Source: Polyangiaceae bacterium (lineage in GTDB: Bacteria > Myxococcota_A > Polyangia > Polyangiales > Polyangiaceae). Taken from it: a stretch of 64,000 nt of DNA. Below the pieces are notes generated by a model that was not told where the DNA came from, made no database searches, and was given only the letters and a program-made list of their open reading frames with translations. Positions 36,252 through 45,519 of the stretch are shown here, in pieces. Where the stretch lies: positions 1 to 64,000 of the forward strand of contig CBDCTZ010000008.1 in assembly GCA_965222375.1 (NCBI GenBank), in the 5' to 3' direction. How positions within the stretch are numbered: the first letter of the stretch is position 1; each line of letters starts with the position of its first letter. Both the position numbers and the translations under genes were made by a program.

Positions 36252-37355
36252 TTAGGGACCAAACATCATGCGTATCTTGCCGGAGCTAGGGAGGGAACGC
36301 GCGATCTTCTGGAGGTCTGATGCCGCTATAGCGCTTTCGAACAGGTCTGCTGTGACCGGAGTAGGGCGGCGCGCTTCGCGGAGGGCCAGGCTACGGGAGA
36401 CGGCTTGTTGGGCGCGGGCTTTGAAGGCGGGACTCGACTCGCATTCGCGGATTAACGCCGCGTGAGCACGCACTGCAAGCTCTTCGTGCTCGCAAATCAG
36501 CAGCGCGTCGCAGCCAGCGAGCACGGCGCCGACAGCGGATTCTTCGATGCTCATGCGCCCCGATAGCGCGCGCATTTCCAAATCGTCGCTGAACAGGACG
36601 CCGCTGAACCCCAGGCTGCCACGCAGCAAATCCGTGGCGACGGCTACGCTGAGGGTGGCGGGCAAGTCCGTGTCTAACGCATCGAAAACGACGTGAGCGC
36701 TCATCAGGGCCTCGAGCCCATGAGCACAGGCGGCGCGAAACGGCGCCAGCTCGACGCGATCGAGACGCTCGCGATCGTGGCGCACCCGGGGCAAGGCGAA
36801 GTGGCTGTCGGTTTCGGTGTCGCCGTGGCCCGGGAAGTGTTTGCCGCAGGGGATGAGCCCGCCATCGCGCATGCCGTCCGCGAAGGCCAGCGCGAGGCGC
36901 GCGACGTCCTCGGGAGTGGTGGCGAATGAGCGATCGCCGATCACGGGATTGGCCGGGTTCGTGTCGACGTCCAGCACGGGTGCAAAGTCCAAGTTGAAGC
37001 CAACGGCCCGGAGCGCCTTGCCTAGGGCCGCACCCGCGCGACGGCACAGCTGGGGGTCCTCATGGGTGCCAAGGGCTCGCATGGGCGGCAGAGCAGGGAA
37101 GGGGGCCGGCAATCGCCGCACGCGGCCGCCCTCCTCATCCACGCCGACGAAGGGCGGGCTCGCAGCGGCGCTGGCGCTCGCGACGTCTCGCAAAAGCGCG
37201 TGGGTGGCGTCGAGGCTCGGCAGGTTGCGCCGAAACACGATCACGCCGGCGCGCTCCGACGCAGCCAACTGCTCTCGAAGCGCTAGCGGCAACTCTGGCC
37301 CGACAAACCCAACCACTAGGAGCTGCCCGGCTAGCTGTTTCAAACTGAAGTCCAC
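36252..37355 (-). CDS. nagZ: Beta-N-acetylhexosaminidase (GH3)
   Basis: VDEEGGRV, APVLDV, KHFPGHGDTETDSH, SDDLEM; GGAGG RBS. Confidence 0.93.
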   Translation of the reverse strand: MDFSLKQLAGQLLVVGFVGPELPLALREQLAASERAGVIVFRRNLPSLDATHALLRDVASASAAASPPFVGVDEEGGRVRRLPAPFPALPPMRALGTHEDPQLCRRAGAALGKALRAVGFNLDFAPVLDVDTNPANPVIGDRSFATTPEDVARLALAFADGMRDGGLIPCGKHFPGHGDTETDSHFALPRVRHDRERLDRVELAPFRAACAHGLEALMSAHVVFDALDTDLPATLSVAVATDLLRGSLGFSGVLFSDDLEMRALSGRMSIEESAVGAVLAGCDALLICEHEELAVRAHAALIRECESSPAFKARAQQAVSRSLALREARRPTPVTADLFESAIAASDLQKIARSLPSSGKIRMMFGP

Positions 37356-37588
37356 GCCTCCATCAGTACGACCTATTCCAGCTTTGGGCCAAACACGGCG
37401 CCCTTCTCGAAGAAGCCGCGTTGGCGGAAACGTCCCATGGACACCTCCCGCCCTTCAGCTCAAGCGTTGCGCTGGCACCTGCACCGCCTGCGCGCTGAGC
37501 TTCCCGACGGCACTCGCGGCCCAGGGCGGGAGTAGTGGGCCAGCGTCGTGCCGCGAACCGACCTCAAGAATAGTTGAAGCGGTCGCCG

Positions 37589-39004
37589 CTAACGCATGAC
37601 GTCCGCAGCGGTCACGATGTGCATGTCGGGCGGAGTGCGGGGGCGTTTGCCTTGGATCCCAGGGACAAACAACACGCGCACGTGCTGCCGGGTTGCGTAG
37701 CTGCTGCCCAACGCGGGCGGAGTGCGTGCGGCGAGCTCCGAAAGAGCCGCGGCGAGCTTTGCCGGGGCCAAGGGCTTGTGACTCCATTTCACGTCCCCGA
37801 GCAGAAGTCGACGCTCGTCGAGCGAGTCGCTCACGACATCCCACTCGGGAGCGTTGCCGTGCCACCAACGCGAGGCGGGTCCCCAGGGACCGCCACCACG
37901 AACTGCGCCAAGGCTGCTCGGCAGATGCGGGACTGAGGCTCGGCACAGCTGTTCCCAGGATTGCGCCACCAAGGCAGGCCAGCTGCGCAGAAGCAGTTGC
38001 CGTCTGGATGTGCGGTCTCCGCTAGCAAGCAGGGCCCGGTTGGGAGCTACCACTCGGAACCAAAAGCGCATGAACGGATCGTTGATTCTATAGAGCGTTC
38101 GTTTCGATCGCTTTGGAGACTCGCCAAAAGGTACCTCGCGCTGGGCCAGGTCGAGGCCAAGCAGGCGATCGAGTGGACGCGACAGCGATGTCGCCGGCCG
38201 CCCCAAGCGACCCGCGATTTCAGAAACCCGGTGAGCGCCCGCTCCAATTGCATCCAGGACGGGGCGCACCTCCATCGCCGGCGGCAACTCCTCCATGAGC
38301 AAGCGGTCTGGTTCGCGATGCAGCGGCCCTGATGGATCGAGCGCAAGTTCTGCAAGCTGAGTCAGCGCCCCGCCTGTGATTTCGCATGCCAGCTCCCAAT
38401 ACCGCGGGACCCCGCCCCACGCCGTGTACAACTCGATCACATCCGTGGGCGCTCGATAGTCGAAGGCTTCGCGAAAACACGACACGGGCAGCGGCCCCAA
38501 CTCCATGACCTCGCGAGCGCGCCCATACAGGGGCGCTGCGGCGTCCAGGACGAGCCCTTGCATCATCCGCTGACTCGATCCGGCGACTGCCACCGCAAGT
38601 CTTGCGTCGGCGGCATCTCGATCGAGCCAGCGCTGGAGCACACTCGGAAGTTCCGGAGCAGCGCTCACCAGGTAGGGAAGTTCGTCGACGATGACCGGTC
38701 CGCGCCACCCTTGGTGACGGGCTTCTTGCGCCAAGCGTGCGAGCAGCGCGCGCCAGTCCGGGTACTCCACATCTCCGAATCCGGGGATCTGCTCCCCGAT
38801 AGCGGTGGCCAAGTAGCGACGCTGGATGCCAGAAGTCGATTGATCGGCTACGGAATACAGGCCGGAGTGACGCCGGGACCATTCCACGAGCAAGCGGGAC
38901 TTGCCGATACGCCGTCTTCCGTAAATCACTGCGAGGCCGCCGCTCGGGCGCTCAACAAGCTGGCCGAGGCGTGACAACTCCTCTTTTCGGTCTAGAAATC
39001 TCAT
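37589..39004 (-). CDS. Archaeal-type AAA+ ATPase with winged HTH and C-terminal DUF234/PD-(D/E)xK-like domain
   Basis: FLDRKEEL, GRRRIGKS, VIVDELPY, GGVPRY, YRINDPFMRFWF, EWDVV...GDVKW. Confidence 0.88.
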   Translation of the reverse strand: MRFLDRKEELSRLGQLVERPSGGLAVIYGRRRIGKSRLLVEWSRRHSGLYSVADQSTSGIQRRYLATAIGEQIPGFGDVEYPDWRALLARLAQEARHQGWRGPVIVDELPYLVSAAPELPSVLQRWLDRDAADARLAVAVAGSSQRMMQGLVLDAAAPLYGRAREVMELGPLPVSCFREAFDYRAPTDVIELYTAWGGVPRYWELACEITGGALTQLAELALDPSGPLHREPDRLLMEELPPAMEVRPVLDAIGAGAHRVSEIAGRLGRPATSLSRPLDRLLGLDLAQREVPFGESPKRSKRTLYRINDPFMRFWFRVVAPNRALLASGDRTSRRQLLLRSWPALVAQSWEQLCRASVPHLPSSLGAVRGGGPWGPASRWWHGNAPEWDVVSDSLDERRLLLGDVKWSHKPLAPAKLAAALSELAARTPPALGSSYATRQHVRVLFVPGIQGKRPRTPPDMHIVTAADVMR

Positions 39005-39037
39005 TTATGCAAGATAGCATAATGCTTAGTCGCATAA
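39005..39037 (-). promoter_or_regulatory. Extended -10 abutting the ATG, overlapped by tandem palindromic operators
   Basis: TTATGC-N6-GCATAA (39005-39022) and ATGC-N6-GCAT (39022-39035); minus strand TGC-TATCTT 6 nt before ATG. Confidence 0.65.
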
Positions 39038-39298
39038 TATCAAGAGTTCGGCTCCAACTCCGAACCAGACCCCAAAAAACTCCCCGTCCTTGCACCTCCT
39101 TGTTCAACTCTCAACGCCCTGGCTGGCTTCCACGCCGCTCGCGCACCGTGGTCCTGACCGAGCTTTGTCCGGCACCCGTGGCCTCGAGTGGGAGTGGTGG
39201 CCGAACACCGCACTGTGAACCGACCCTAAACCAAGAAAGGTGACGAGGGTTGAAGCACGGCCCCTTCGAGGGCCGGCCTAGAGCTGGATTGGACCGCG

Positions 39299-40687
39299 CT
39301 AGCGGTCGCGGCCGAGAGTCTGAGAGGGATCCGTGTGGGCGGCACGGATGGCGGGGCCAACCGCGCCCAGCAAGGCAAAGAGGGCGGCGAAGCCAACGCC
39401 GAGGGCGAAGAGCCAGGGCGGGAACACGAAGAAGGAGTCGGGCTTGAAAGGAAAGTCGGGCAGGTCCACCCGGCCGCGCCAATCCGCAATCAGCGCTGCG
39501 CCTCGAGCCACGCCGCAACCCACGGCGCCGGCGAACACTCCGACGACGAGAGCCATCGACAGGAGCCAGCTGCGCATGTCTGCGCGGGTGGCGCCCAGGG
39601 CACGGTACAGACCGATTTCGTGGGCACGCTCGGCGACGAGAACCCGAAAGGTGTGGGTGATATTCAGAGCCGCGACCAGCAGGATCACTCCCGCGACCAA
39701 GAGCAGCAGGCCCAAGACGCTGCTGATCAGCACGCTGACGTCTCGAGCGCGCGTATCTTTGGGGGTCAGAGCATAGTTCTGGGCGGCGGCGATGATGTAG
39801 CTGGTATTCGAAGCGTCGTGGACCCGCACCACCACGCTCGAGTAGGTGTCTGCGGCCTTGTTGCCCGCGTATTCTCGGTTCCAGCGGCGCACGACTTCCA
39901 CTGGCAAGGTCACGCCCAGATCGATGGCCTTGTTAGAGATCCCCACGACGCGGATCTTCACTTTGCGTTCTTTGCCCTGGCGCGCGACGCCGAGCAGGCT
40001 ATTGCCGAGGGTCATGTCGAAGGTCACCCCCTGGGCGCGGCTGACCAACGTGGCAGCAACGGGAGGCAAGCCATGAGCGGGAGCGACGGCGTGGTCGAAG
40101 AGCTCGACCAGATAGCGACTCACGATGGCCGGCACCGGGGGCGAGCACTTTCCTTCGGTCGCAGCACTGGGCAGCTCGCAGTACTCGCTCTCGGCGCAGT
40201 CGGAGTTCTTGCTGCAAGACTTCGCATTCACACGCAGTGGATCCTTGAACGCCCCGGCCTCGATGTCCGCGCTGACCAGCTTGGGGTCGATGCCGTCACC
40301 GACCATCTCGTGGGTTCCGATCTCGCGGCCCAGGATCTCCTTTCCGCCGCGGGCCATGCTCGGAAACCGAAATCGCAGTTTGGGATACACCTCGGCCACG
40401 CCTTCGAGCTCCCGCAGGGTTTCCACGGTCTGAGCGTCGACGCTCGCCGGCTCATGGGGCCCACCGAGCAGAGACAGCAGCCCCGCTGAGGTCTTCTGGG
40501 GCTCGAGTTCGACCTGATGGATCGGAAACACATCGCCGAGCAGCACCCGCCGGGCACCCAGCCCCAGGGATAGAAAGAACACCAGCGCGCCGATGCCCAC
40601 TGCGATGCCAAAGCCCGCGGTGAAGAGGGGGCCTCGGGTGCGCGAAAACTCGCGCCGGACCATGCTCCACAGAGAGGTGGCCTTCAT
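39299..40687 (-). CDS. MacB/LolE/FtsX-family ABC transporter permease
   Basis: N-terminal TM, periplasmic domain, ERAHEIGLYRALGA, PAIRAAHTDP. Confidence 0.88.
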   Translation of the reverse strand: MKATSLWSMVRREFSRTRGPLFTAGFGIAVGIGALVFFLSLGLGARRVLLGDVFPIHQVELEPQKTSAGLLSLLGGPHEPASVDAQTVETLRELEGVAEVYPKLRFRFPSMARGGKEILGREIGTHEMVGDGIDPKLVSADIEAGAFKDPLRVNAKSCSKNSDCAESEYCELPSAATEGKCSPPVPAIVSRYLVELFDHAVAPAHGLPPVAATLVSRAQGVTFDMTLGNSLLGVARQGKERKVKIRVVGISNKAIDLGVTLPVEVVRRWNREYAGNKAADTYSSVVVRVHDASNTSYIIAAAQNYALTPKDTRARDVSVLISSVLGLLLLVAGVILLVAALNITHTFRVLVAERAHEIGLYRALGATRADMRSWLLSMALVVGVFAGAVGCGVARGAALIADWRGRVDLPDFPFKPDSFFVFPPWLFALGVGFAALFALLGAVGPAIRAAHTDPSQTLGRDR

Positions 40688-41391
40688 GCGGCGTCTTCCT
40701 CGGCGCCGGACCTGACCTTGCCGTCTTCCATGCTCAGGGTGCGATGGGAGATCCGCTGCAGGCGGTCCTCGTGGGTGACGATCAAGAGAGTGGTGGAAAA
40801 CTCCTCGTGGATGCGGCGAAACAACTCGATGATCTGCTCACCGGTTTCGCGATCTAGGTTGCCCGTCGGCTCGTCACACAGCAGCAATTCCGGGGATCGG
40901 AGGAGGGCTCGCGCAATGGCGACACGCTGGCGTTGGCCTCCGGAGAGTTCGCCGGGGAAGGCCGCAGCCTTGTCCGTCAGCCCCACGCGCTCCAGGAGAT
41001 CTTTGCCGTGTTGGGTTAGAGCCGAACTCTCGCCAGCAGCGAAGAGGGCCGGAGCGGTGACATTGTCGATGACCGAGAGGTGGGGCAGCAAGTGGAACGC
41101 CTGGAAGACGAATCCGACGCGCTCACCCCGCAGGGTCGACAGTTCGCGATCCGACAGCCCACTCACGTTCTTGCCGAACAGCGAGAGTTCTCCCGAGAAC
41201 TCCCGATCGAGGCCACCCAGCAGCGATAGCAGCGTGCTCTTTCCGCAGCCACTCGGGCCAAATATGAGAACGACCTCTCCACGCCTGACGGACAAGGACA
41301 CGGACTGTACGGCCCGATGTTCAGCAGCTCCGCTGCCAAAGACGCGACTGAGGCTGTCTGCCTCGATGATGACCTCGGGAGCGTCGCTCAC
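40684..41391 (-). CDS. LolD/MacB-type ABC transporter ATP-binding protein
   Basis: [38 protein letters not shown] 41391 overlaps glmM stop. Confidence 0.93.
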   Translation of the reverse strand: MSDAPEVIIEADSLSRVFGSGAAEHRAVQSVSLSVRRGEVVLIFGPSGCGKSTLLSLLGGLDREFSGELSLFGKNVSGLSDRELSTLRGERVGFVFQAFHLLPHLSVIDNVTAPALFAAGESSALTQHGKDLLERVGLTDKAAAFPGELSGGQRQRVAIARALLRSPELLLCDEPTGNLDRETGEQIIELFRRIHEEFSTTLLIVTHEDRLQRISHRTLSMEDGKVRSGAEEDAA

Positions 41392-42761
41392 GCCGAAACG
41401 CCCAGATCCTCGCAAGCAGCAGCGGACATCTGCTCGACGAAGCTGCGCAGTTCTGCTTCGTCAGGCCCCTCCACCATCAGTCGCAGCTTCGGTTCGGTGC
41501 CGCTCCAGCGCACGAGGACTCGACCATTTTCGCCCAAGGAATCTTGCGTGCGCTTGATTTCGCCTTGAAGCTTGGACATCTGGTCGAGGGGGCGACGCTC
41601 GGGAAGGCGAATGCTCTCCAGGACTTGGGGCATAGCCTGCATGAGCTGTTTGAGCTCGGAGAGTGGCCTCTGCTCCCGAGCCAGGATTGCCAGCACCTGC
41701 AAAGCGGCGACCACGCCGTCCCCGGTGGTGGCATGGTCCAGGAAGATCAGGTGGCCGCTCTGCTCGCCGCCCAAGGAGTAACCCTTGGAGCGCATGCACT
41801 CGACCACGTAGCGGTCGCCCACAGAAGTTCGCTCCAGCTTGCCACCCGCCCGCTGCATCGCGTGCTCCAGGCCCATATTGCTCATCACTGTGGCGACCAG
41901 GGTGTTCTTGGCGAGCTTGCCCTCGGTGATCATGCGGGAGGCGCACAGCGCCATGACCGCGTCGCCGTCTACGACTTCGCCGGACTCGTCGACCACGATC
42001 AAGCGATCCGCGTCGCCATCCAAGGCGATGCCGAGGTGAGCCTTGCGCTTGCCCACCTCGCGGATGACGCCTTCCGGGTGAAGCGCACCGGAAGACTTGT
42101 TGATGTTGCGCCCGTTGGGGCTGACGCCAAGGGCGGTCACGTCGGCGCCCAGCTCCGCAAAGACCTGGGGCGCGACCTTGTACGCGGCGCCATGGGCGGC
42201 GTCCACGACCACGCGAAGTCCTCCGAGGGTGAGCTCCTTGGGAAAGGTAGACTTGGCGTACACGATGTAGCGCCCGGTAGCGTCATCGATGCGCTCGGCC
42301 CGGCCGATTCGGGCACCCGTGTGGCCCACGGACGAAAGTGCTTTTTCGTCGAAGATCAGGCGCTCGATCTCCAGCTCCCGCTCATCTGGCAGCTTGAAGC
42401 CGTCGGGCCCGAAGATCTTGATCCCATTGTCGAAGTAGGGATTGTGGCTCGCGCTGATCACGACGCCGGCATCCGCGCGCATGCTCTGGGTCAGGTTGGC
42501 AACCGCGGGGGTGGGCATCGGTCCGCACAGCATGACCCGACCACCCATGGCGCAGATCCCAGCGGAAAGCGCCGTCTCGACCATGTAGCCTGACAGTCGC
42601 GTGTCCTTGCCGACCACGACTCGGGGCGCATTGCCGGCTTGGCGCCGTGCCACCATCGCGATGGCTCGCCCGAGCCGCACGATCAGCTCGGGGGTCATGG
42701 GGGGCACGTTGGCCTCCCCCCGTATGCCGTCGGTGCCGAATAGCTTGCGTTTGTCAGTCAC
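41388..42761 (-). CDS. glmM: Phosphoglucosamine mutase
   Basis: [35 protein letters not shown]. Confidence 0.97.
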   Translation of the reverse strand: MTDKRKLFGTDGIRGEANVPPMTPELIVRLGRAIAMVARRQAGNAPRVVVGKDTRLSGYMVETALSAGICAMGGRVMLCGPMPTPAVANLTQSMRADAGVVISASHNPYFDNGIKIFGPDGFKLPDERELEIERLIFDEKALSSVGHTGARIGRAERIDDATGRYIVYAKSTFPKELTLGGLRVVVDAAHGAAYKVAPQVFAELGADVTALGVSPNGRNINKSSGALHPEGVIREVGKRKAHLGIALDGDADRLIVVDESGEVVDGDAVMALCASRMITEGKLAKNTLVATVMSNMGLEHAMQRAGGKLERTSVGDRYVVECMRSKGYSLGGEQSGHLIFLDHATTGDGVVAALQVLAILAREQRPLSELKQLMQAMPQVLESIRLPERRPLDQMSKLQGEIKRTQDSLGENGRVLVRWSGTEPKLRLMVEGPDEAELRSFVEQMSAAACEDLGVSA

Positions 42762-43239
42762 GGAAGTTCACGAACTGCAGTTCGATGTCCAAGTCTTTGC
42801 CCTTGAGCATGGCGATCACTTCTTGCAGGTCGTCTCGCTTCTTCCCGCTAACTCGCAGGCTGTCTTCCACGATCGCCGCTTGGACCTTCAGCTTGGACGC
42901 CTTGACCATCTTGACCAATTCCCGGGCCTTGTCTTTTTCGATGCCCTCTTTGACGTTGACGACCATCTTGGAGGTGCCGCCGGGCGCCTTCTCCGGGTCC
43001 TTGGCATCCAAGTGCTTGAGGCTGACTTTTCGACGAATCAGCTTCTGCTGCAGCACGTCATAGGCGGCCCGGGTGCGATCGTCGGCATTGGCCTTGAGGA
43101 TGATGACGCTGTCGGCCTGCTCGATGGCCGCGCCGGTGCCTTTGAAGTCGAAGCGCTGCACGAGTTCTCGCTGCGCCTGGTCGATGGCGTTTTTTACTTC
43201 GGACCAATCCACTTTCGAAACGACGTCGAAGGAGGGCAT
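42754..43239 (-). CDS. yajQ: YajQ family nucleotide (c-di-GMP) binding protein
   Basis: [29 protein letters not shown]. Confidence 0.95.
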   Translation of the reverse strand: MPSFDVVSKVDWSEVKNAIDQAQRELVQRFDFKGTGAAIEQADSVIILKANADDRTRAAYDVLQQKLIRRKVSLKHLDAKDPEKAPGGTSKMVVNVKEGIEKDKARELVKMVKASKLKVQAAIVEDSLRVSGKKRDDLQEVIAMLKGKDLDIELQFVNFRD

Positions 43240-43252
43240 GCCAAGGCTCCTA

Positions 43253-44485
43253 TCAAGAATCGACTGGGGGATCCGCTTCCAGACCCAGAAGATGCGTGCG
43301 CGCGGCGCCCACCAGGAAGCTCGAGCCTGTCACGACGACCAGACCTCTCGGCCCGACCTTTTCCCGAGCCACCTTGAGGGCCTCTTCCACGCTTTCTGCC
43401 ACGTCACCGCTGAAAACTTCCGCCATCGCGTTTGGATCGACGGCTTTGCCCTCGATGGGCGGAGCGACGAATATGCGGTGAGCCGCGGCGTGCTCCAATC
43501 GCTGCAGCATCGCCTTCCAGTTCTTGCGCTGCAGGGCGCCGAAAACCAACGCAACCTGGCGGCGAGATTCTACCTCGCCGTACATGCTCGGATCGAGCAC
43601 ATGTGACAGCGCGACGGCGCCGTCCGGGTTGTGGGCGCAATCGAGCAGGGTCAGTTCCTGGCCGCCGCGGTGAAGCAGCTCGTTTCGCCCCGGCCAAGTG
43701 GCAGCTTCAATCCCCTCGGCGATGACCTTGGGTTCGATGCCCAGTTCCTGGGCGACGGTGACGGCCACCGCCAAGTTTGAACCAAACATCGCGAATCGGG
43801 GGTAGGCCAGCGCCGCCCCGGGGATCGGTTCCGGACTTCCGAGGGCGACCAGGTGAGCACCTACCTTGTCGATCTCGCGCTCGATCACGTGGCGCGCGTC
43901 CGGGTGCAGCTTGCCCAAGACGACCGTGGAGCCCTTCTTGATGATGCCGGCTTTTTCCTGAGCGATCTTGGCTAGGCTGTCGCCTAGTTCGAGCATGTGA
44001 TCGAAGGCGATGCGGGTAATGGCCACCACCTTGGGTTCAGGCACCACGTTGGTGGCATCCAGGCGCCCTCCCAGACCGGCCTCTATGATCGCCAGTTCGA
44101 CCTTTGCCTCCTGGAACGCCAAGAAGGCGGCGATCGTCGCAACCTCGAAGAAGGACAGCTCAGGCCCTTCGTCCAATACGCGCTCCAGCAGTTCGGCTAG
44201 CTCGGCGTCTTCGAGCGGCTCTCCGTCGATCCGGATGCGCTCCGAAAACTTCACCAGGTGAGGCGAGGTGTACAGGCCGGTGTGCTTGCCTGCCGCGTTC
44301 GCCGCAGCCGCCACAAAAGCGCAAACGCTCCCTTTGCCGTTCGTCCCAGCGATATGGGCGACTTCGAAGGATTTCTCCGGGTTTCCCATCCTGTCGCATA
44401 CTTCCTGAACGCGGGTCAGGTCCAGCTTGGGCTGGCCAGGCACGCGGTCGTAGAGACGCTTCAGGGTGCTCTTCAAGTCGGTCAC
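43253..44485 (-). CDS. folC: Folylpolyglutamate synthase/dihydrofolate synthase
   Basis: HIAGTNGKGS, YTSPHL, EAGLGGRLDATN, DCAHNP. Confidence 0.95.
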   Translation of the reverse strand: MTDLKSTLKRLYDRVPGQPKLDLTRVQEVCDRMGNPEKSFEVAHIAGTNGKGSVCAFVAAAANAAGKHTGLYTSPHLVKFSERIRIDGEPLEDAELAELLERVLDEGPELSFFEVATIAAFLAFQEAKVELAIIEAGLGGRLDATNVVPEPKVVAITRIAFDHMLELGDSLAKIAQEKAGIIKKGSTVVLGKLHPDARHVIEREIDKVGAHLVALGSPEPIPGAALAYPRFAMFGSNLAVAVTVAQELGIEPKVIAEGIEAATWPGRNELLHRGGQELTLLDCAHNPDGAVALSHVLDPSMYGEVESRRQVALVFGALQRKNWKAMLQRLEHAAAHRIFVAPPIEGKAVDPNAMAEVFSGDVAESVEEALKVAREKVGPRGLVVVTGSSFLVGAARTHLLGLEADPPVDS

Positions 44486-45324
44486 GGTTTGCTCAAATGG
44501 GATAGGAGGCGGGCCAAAGTTTGCTTCATTTCGACCCGAGGAACGATGAGGTCGACCATGCCATGGGTCAGCAGAAATTCCGAGCGTTGGAAGCCTGGCG
44601 GCAGGGTGGTTCGGAGGGTGCTCTCGATGACTCGAGGCCCGGCAAAGCCGATTAGGGCGTTGGGCTCGGCGACGTTCACATCGCCCAAAAGCGCAGTACT
44701 TGCGGCAACGCCGCCGGTGGTGGGATGCACCAACACGCTGATGAAGGGGCGGCGGCCGGTGCGAAACCGCCGCAGCGCGCCGACAGTTTTTGCCATTTGC
44801 ATGAGGCTGAGCAGGCCCTCCTGCATGCGCGCGCCCCCAGAGGCGTGGAGCAGGATGGCCGGGAGATCCTCGTCCAGGGCCCGCTCGAACAGGCGGGTGA
44901 CCCGCTCGCCGACCACCGAACCCATGCTGCCACCCATGAAGGGGAAGATGTAGGCGCCATAGGCGATGGGGTGGCCTAACAGATCGGCGCGTCCTACCTC
45001 CACGGCCTCGGAATGCTGACTGTTGTTGGCCGCACGCTCCAGACGGGAGCGGTAGGGCTTGCCATCATCGAAATGCAGTGGATCTGCAGGTCGGATGTGG
45101 TCCTCCCACAGGGTCAACTGCTCGTCGTCGAGGAGCAACCGTCGCCAAGCCTCGGGAGGCATTGGGCGATGCCGGCCGCAGCCCTGGCAGACCCAGCTGG
45201 CCTCACGGAACTCCTCGGCCGTGTGCACGGCTCCGCAGCCGTCACATTTCTGGAACATGCCTTCGCCAAGCGAGCGTTTTTCGCCCGGCTGAGGCTGAGC
45301 AGGGGTCTTGGCGGGTAGCACCAC
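44482..45324 (-). CDS. accD: Acetyl-CoA carboxylase carboxyltransferase beta subunit
   Basis: Zn finger CDGC...CQGC, FMGGSMGSVVGE, SGGARMQEG, IGFAGPRV; start GTG about 45324 uncertain. Confidence 0.93.
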   Translation of the reverse strand: MVLPAKTPAQPQPGEKRSLGEGMFQKCDGCGAVHTAEEFREASWVCQGCGRHRPMPPEAWRRLLLDDEQLTLWEDHIRPADPLHFDDGKPYRSRLERAANNSQHSEAVEVGRADLLGHPIAYGAYIFPFMGGSMGSVVGERVTRLFERALDEDLPAILLHASGGARMQEGLLSLMQMAKTVGALRRFRTGRRPFISVLVHPTTGGVAASTALLGDVNVAEPNALIGFAGPRVIESTLRTTLPPGFQRSEFLLTHGMVDLIVPRVEMKQTLARLLSHLSKP

Positions 45325-45519
45325 GGTGGCGTCGAGAGGCTCGAAAGCAAATGCCCGCGGCCTAGTGCCGGATTGGCGAAACGCCCGGGCTGTGCGGAGG
45401 CTCCCCCGGGCCGGGCCGCGGTGCAAGCGGGCTGGGCCAGGGGTGGTCAGCGGGCGGTTCAGGGGCGGAAAAACGCAATCTTGTCGCCCCCGCCAAAGGG
45501 GGCGAGACTCCGCCCCAGA

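Noticed and set aside
37391..39270. Possible direct repeats (CACGGC..CCCTTC) flanking the DUF234 ATPase gene
   Set aside because: Short, gapped and GC-rich; not distinguishable from chance
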